This document shows positions 59,894 through 64,000 of a stretch of DNA of 64,000 nt, piece by piece. The translations under genes were made by a program, and so were the position numbers. Location: positions 1 through 64,000 of the forward strand of contig JAQBVF010000005.1 of assembly GCA_027623675.1 (NCBI GenBank), given 5' to 3'. The notes beneath the pieces are model-generated. The model was not told where the DNA came from. It was given only the letters and a program-made list of their open reading frames with translations, and made no database searches. How positions within the stretch are numbered: the stretch's first letter is position 1; every line of letters begins with the position of its first letter. Source of the DNA: Chloroflexota bacterium. Lineage in GTDB: Bacteria > Chloroflexota > Dehalococcoidia > Lucifugimonadales > UBA3495.

Positions 59894-60502
59894 CTATTCG
59901 CTGGAATATTCGAAGGGGCAGAACTCCCCGTATTTGCCAGGGAAGTTGAGCTTTAGCCCTTCACCTTCAAACCTGAATGCACTCGTGGTGCAAAGCTCTT
60001 GAATCTTGGAGGTGAATCCGGTGGGTTTGTTGAGGACCGCTAATCCATCCTCGCCGGTCACCGGGTTCTTCATGGGAGAAAGTTGCATCTCGTAGATCCC
60101 ACCTATGATTACGCGGCTATGGATGCCATTCAGTTCCACCTGGAAGGGAACGTATCTAAACCCTAAGAAGTTGGTCGTCAGGTCGAGGAACACACTGAAG
60201 GGCGCTTCTTGTTTAATCATTGATTCGATGGAGGACCGTTGTTTCGCGTCGGCTTTCTCGTCTATCAGCCAAACCGCCGTGCCGTTGCCCAGATGGACGG
60301 CTTCAGGAAAGATGGACACCTCCCCAAAGGTAACGCCGTTCAGGTCAACGCCGTTGTAATGCCCAGTGTCAACATTCCAGATGTACGAGCCCTCGCATGG
60401 CCCGTAGGACGGTGGCTCCTCAAAGTTACACGGGCAACCCCAGGCGCAGTTACAGGCGGCCAACAGGCTGCCCTTCAGATGATGGGGCCGGTGAGAAGTC
60501 AA
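59894..60502 (-). CDS. DUF1326 domain-containing Cys-rich protein
   Basis: N-terminal CNC..GCPC..P..GPCEG; G.YNGVDL.G; more AT-rich than flanking genes. Confidence 0.82.
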   Translation of the reverse strand: MTSHRPHHLKGSLLAACNCAWGCPCNFEEPPSYGPCEGSYIWNVDTGHYNGVDLNGVTFGEVSIFPEAVHLGNGTAVWLIDEKADAKQRSSIESMIKQEAPFSVFLDLTTNFLGFRYVPFQVELNGIHSRVIIGGIYEMQLSPMKNPVTGEDGLAVLNKPTGFTSKIQELCTTSAFRFEGEGLKLNFPGKYGEFCPFEYSSE

Positions 60503-60517
60503 CGGGCGGTTTACTTC

Positions 60518-61576
60518 CTATCTGATGAGCTTGGTCACGGCGGTGCTGCCGACCTTGGGACCCCAACTGGGGATCACCGATGACATGTTGGATTCCTCAC
60601 CGCCGGCGAAGATCAGCAGGATGTCGTCAGGCTCCGGGATGAGCGAAATCATGGTCTCAGCGTCGCCGGGTTCGGGGTCTCCCTTCAAGACCATGGCCGC
60701 TTTCAGGTCGGCCACGGAGCGTTGGGTGCGGGCGTGGACGAATTCCCTGACCTGGGCTTTGGTCCAGTCCTTCCAGAGGTTGGAGTTGCCGGCGATGGTC
60801 ACCACGATCTGCCCCTGGCGGACGCCGATGCCGGTATCGCCCACGGAGCCGGAGGTGGACATGTTGCTCCCCAAACTGGATGCCACGTCGGATAGGGCGA
60901 TCAGGATGGGCTCGGGGTGGCCCACCGCCCTGACCTGGCGGGGGGACTCACCGGCGAACACGGTCACCGTGCTCTGGTCGGCCGAGAAGCCGCGTTCGAC
61001 GTGGAGTGGCGTCCAATGCGTCTCGGTGTCGGCCTCGGCGATGCAGTACGTGTATTTGCCCGGATGTCCGATGACACTGCGGTCGAACACGCCGGGGATG
61101 GCGGCGCAGGCGTTCATCAACACCAGCCGCACGGCCCGGCCGATGGTGGCGTTGGCCCGGTTGCCTGGGCCGAACAGGTTGTTTCGCGAATTGATGTTCA
61201 GTTCTTTGCAGATGGGGCCGTTCACGATGGACAAGATGGCGGAGCCGCCCATGCTGGATGACGGACCCACCAGGTTGAACACCGGGTCCAACATGGCTTC
61301 GGTGGCGGTCAACAAGACCGGCATGTACTCGGGCAGGCACCCGGCCATGACCGCGTTGGCGGCCACCTTGGCCACGGTTATCTCGCGGCGGCGCTCCGGA
61401 ATCTCTCCGACCACTTCCTCGCCGGGCCGGCCGGAACGCTCGATGAATTCTCCCACCCGCTGTTCCGTGGGCGGGACCACCGGCAATCCGTCGGTCCAAC
61501 CCAGTTCATAGCAGCGCTCGATGGCCTCCAAGGCCGAGTCCCATTGCACAGTTGTTGTATCGCCCGAATCCGGCAA
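60518..61576 (-). CDS. conserved hypothetical protein (TDGLPVVPPT family), probable UGSC partner
   Basis: GWTDGLPVVPPT, NAVMAGC.PEY.PV, VNGP, GNRANATIGRA, G.PGKY, W.PLHVERG; GGAGG before TTG. Confidence 0.85.
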   Translation of the reverse strand: MPDSGDTTTVQWDSALEAIERCYELGWTDGLPVVPPTEQRVGEFIERSGRPGEEVVGEIPERRREITVAKVAANAVMAGCLPEYMPVLLTATEAMLDPVFNLVGPSSSMGGSAILSIVNGPICKELNINSRNNLFGPGNRANATIGRAVRLVLMNACAAIPGVFDRSVIGHPGKYTYCIAEADTETHWTPLHVERGFSADQSTVTVFAGESPRQVRAVGHPEPILIALSDVASSLGSNMSTSGSVGDTGIGVRQGQIVVTIAGNSNLWKDWTKAQVREFVHARTQRSVADLKAAMVLKGDPEPGDAETMISLIPEPDDILLIFAGGEESNMSSVIPSWGPKVGSTAVTKLIR

Positions 61577-61669
61577 GGTAGGTTTCCTCCGATATAGTGC
61601 CGCCGGGGTCCGGCGGCCTTCACTTCCCGTTTGAGAAGCTGGCCAGCAACGGGAAGCCGGCCAGCGACC

Positions 61670-61704
61670 GTCATCCTTAGTCCCTCTCCCGAAGGACTAA
61701 GGAT
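61670..61704. repeat. GTCAT-initiated palindrome (REP-like or terminator)
   Basis: GTC-ATCCTTAGTCC-loop-GGACTAAGGAT, 11-bp stem. Confidence 0.55.
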
Positions 61705-61808
61705 TTTGATGTTGTGTCAACCAAACCCCTCGCTGCACTCGCGGCCATATGGGTGTGGCCGCTTGGGCAGCGGGTGTTTAGTACGGGGCTGCTGTGATCA
61801 GCCGCCGG

Positions 61809-62756
61809 CTATTTGGCTAGGGTGTACTTGGACAGCGAGCGCAGTTCCTTGGGCGGGTTCATGTGGGAGCCGCGGATGGTGAACGAAACCTCGGCCACAT
61901 AGATCGAACCCTGGGAGTCGACGGCGATGCCGTGGGGGGCGATGAATTGTCCGGGACCTTCCCCCTCATTCTTGTCGCCGAACTGGCTGACCAGGTTGCC
62001 CTTCAGGTCGAAGATGGAAACGCGGTGGCCCAGTCCGGGGGCATCGTCCACGCCGCCCATGCCGTTCAACTCGCCGACGTAGATATGCTCGCCCCAGAGG
62101 ACCATGGAGTCGGGCCGGTGGATGTTGCTCCACATGGTCTGGAACTTGCCATCGGTGTCGAAGATCTGGATGCGGTGGGCTTCCCGGTCGACCACGTAGA
62201 CGTTGGCGTCGCTGTCGATGGCGATGTTGTGGGGGCGGATGAACTGACCGGCGTCGATGCCGGGGCTGCCCCAGGAGAACTTGTACTCGCCGGCGCCGGT
62301 GTAGACGTGGATGCGGGAGTTGCCGTAGCCGTCTGACACGTAAACGTCGCCGTTTCCGGGATGGATGGCGGCGGAGGTAGGCCGGTTGAATGGTTCACCG
62401 CTCCAGCGGGGGGACGGGTTATTACGCTCACCGATCTCCATCAGCTTTTCGCCGGCGGCGCTGAATTTCTGGATGGTGTGGATGCCGTCGTCGGCGCATA
62501 GAAGCGAGTCGTCGTGGGCGATGTACAGGCCGTGTGTCCGGTCGGCGCTGAAATGGCCCTGGCCGAAGGACCGGACGTAGTTGCCGTCGCGGTCCAGAAC
62601 GATTATCGGTTCTTCGCCGCGGGTGAGGACGAATACGTTGTCATTGGAGTCGATGGCTACGCCAGGGCACTCTTTGAAGGTCATGCCGCTTGGCAACTTG
62701 GCCCAGTCTTTGACGAAGTTGTAGCGGAAATCTCCAATACCGTATACCTCGGGCAT
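61809..62756 (-). CDS. NHL-repeat beta-propeller protein (PAL amidating-lyase-like)
   Basis: Repeated P.(G/N)IA.D motifs; VSDGYGNSRIH, GQFIRPHNI, DREAHRIQIF. Confidence 0.88.
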   Translation of the reverse strand: MPEVYGIGDFRYNFVKDWAKLPSGMTFKECPGVAIDSNDNVFVLTRGEEPIIVLDRDGNYVRSFGQGHFSADRTHGLYIAHDDSLLCADDGIHTIQKFSAAGEKLMEIGERNNPSPRWSGEPFNRPTSAAIHPGNGDVYVSDGYGNSRIHVYTGAGEYKFSWGSPGIDAGQFIRPHNIAIDSDANVYVVDREAHRIQIFDTDGKFQTMWSNIHRPDSMVLWGEHIYVGELNGMGGVDDAPGLGHRVSIFDLKGNLVSQFGDKNEGEGPGQFIAPHGIAVDSQGSIYVAEVSFTIRGSHMNPPKELRSLSKYTLAK

Positions 62757-62929
62757 GGTTGGCACCTTCTGTTTTTTATTTTGCTGTGGTATTGCTTGCG
62801 CGAATTCCAGCACCGGACCAGGAGGGGAGCGGTCCATGACGGGCTTGGTTGGCAGGCATGGATATCCTAAGTCTGGCCGATTCAGGTGTCAATGGCTGGG
62901 TCGGTTCGCAGGCGTGGCGCGGGCTGAGG

Positions 62930-63298
62930 TTAGGTAGCGCTGGGGTCGCCTTGAAAGAGGCCGATGGGGTTGCCCTCGGTGTCGTTGCAGACCGCCGCGT
63001 AACCCACCTCGGGAATGGCCATCTTTGGCCTGACCACCGTGCCGCCATTGGCCCGGACCTTGGCGATGTAGTCGTCCACCGAGTCCACGTCGATGAAGTT
63101 CATGCCAGTGGCGCCGGGTTGGGGCCGGCCCATGATCGCGCCGTCGATGCCGGGGTGGTCGTCTCCGCCGGTGATGACCAGCCAGTAGTCCTCAGGCCCG
63201 TCCCACTTGTGCACCTGCCAGCCGAACACATCGGAGTAGAACTTGGTCGCCCGCTCTACTTCGTCGGCGTAGATCTCGAAATGGACCACTCTCGGCAT
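62930..63298 (-). CDS. VOC/glyoxalase family protein
   Basis: VVHFEI..D.ERA.KFYSDVFGW, DTEGNPIGLFQ; AGGAG RBS. Confidence 0.9.
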   Translation of the reverse strand: MPRVVHFEIYADEVERATKFYSDVFGWQVHKWDGPEDYWLVITGGDDHPGIDGAIMGRPQPGATGMNFIDVDSVDDYIAKVRANGGTVVRPKMAIPEVGYAAVCNDTEGNPIGLFQGDPSAT

Positions 63299-63442
63299 GG
63301 GTCTCCTCCGGTGGGTTCTGGCGGTGGTTGTTCTGGCGGTTAGCGTGTCACTGCGTCACCGCCTCAAAATCGTCATTGACCGGGACCGGCACGTTTGGCG
63401 CAACGTTCTCCTGAGGGGGAACGGACGATCTATCGCGGCCGG

Positions 63443-64000
63443 TTATTGAATCACCCTGTTGCCTTCGCCTTTCAGGTAGTCGGCGGTGCGGAGGGCGAGG
63501 GCTTGGATGGTGGGCGTTGGATTCACGCAGGCGCTGGTGGTGAAGACGCTGCCGTCGATTATGAACAGGTTGGGAACGTCGTGGGTGCGTCCCCAGCGGT
63601 CGACCACCGACGTCTCCGGGTCCTCGCCCATGCGGGCCGTGCCCAGCAGATGCCAGCCGGCGTTACGGCGTAGGTTGGAGGTCATCACCTGCTTGGCCCC
63701 GGCGGCCTCCATGACCTCGGTCGCCCGGGCCACCGCGTGCTCCAGCATCCTGGCGGTGTTCTCGCTGACCGTGTAGTTGAGTTTGGGCGCGGGGATGCCG
63801 TCGCTGTCGGTTAGTTCCGGGTCTAGAGTGACCATGTTGTGCTCTTCGGGCAGGTCCTCGGTCATGATGGTGATGGCGACTGAGTGGCCGAAGCGCCCCT
63901 TGAATACTTCGTGATGCGTCTCGCCCCACGGCACCTTCTGGCCGAGCAGACCGCCGATTGCCGCCGGAAGGGGGGCATTGCCGTAGGCCAGCACTTGCAG
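63443..64000 (-). CDS. GMC family oxidoreductase, C-terminal part (runs off the window)
   Basis: EDLPEEHN.VTLD, HLLGTARMG.DP..SVVD, NLFIIDGSVF, NPTPTIQALA. Confidence 0.9.
   Translation of the reverse strand: MQVLAYGNAPLPAAIGGLLGQKVPWGETHHEVFKGRFGHSVAITIMTEDLPEEHNMVTLDPELTDSDGIPAPKLNYTVSENTARMLEHAVARATEVMEAAGAKQVMTSNLRRNAGWHLLGTARMGEDPETSVVDRWGRTHDVPNLFIIDGSVFTTSACVNPTPTIQALALRTADYLKGEGNRVIQ

Noticed and set aside
59180..59956. 258-aa plus-strand ORF over the UGSC gene
   Set aside because: Antisense shadow that runs through a terminator and has no recognisable motif.

Overview
GC-rich bacterial chromosomal window. The gene content (two luciferase-like monooxygenases, several SDR paralogues, a class III CoA-transferase, a Dpp/Opp transporter, many TTG starts) suggests Chloroflexota, probably Dehalococcoidia/SAR202-like; this is inference. 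It holds a dppA/B/C-type transporter without ATPases, a TPP-riboswitch thiG-thiE-thiS operon, a LolD/FtsX-type exporter followed by a lone molybdopterin hydroxylase large subunit, lhgO, a MaoC-plsX-fabG cluster, a PyrR-attenuated pyrR-pyrB-pyrC-carA-(hyp)-carB cluster, pyrF, sfsA, gdhA, ggt and many catabolic oxidoreductases. The top signal is at 59273-61576 (minus strand). Two ORFs split in the ORF track are one reading frame with an in-frame TGA in a GD-U-GSCSAC motif, followed by a SECIS-like hairpin. This is a UGSC-type, GrdB/PrdB-like selenoprotein, lying downstream of a Cys-rich DUF1326 gene and an uncharacterised 'TDGLPVVPPT' gene, and may be an uncharacterised selenium-dependent redox system. 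Other oddities: carB appears to start at ATT behind a perfect RBS; a tandem SDR paralogue is frameshifted; a pentapeptide-repeat protein has a degenerate TIR-like domain; a degenerate duplication of an SDR 3' end brackets a 24-aa hydrophobic small ORF; and there is a family of GTCAT-/-AATGAC palindromic intergenic repeats. I saw no tRNA, rRNA, CRISPR array, transposase or integrase.
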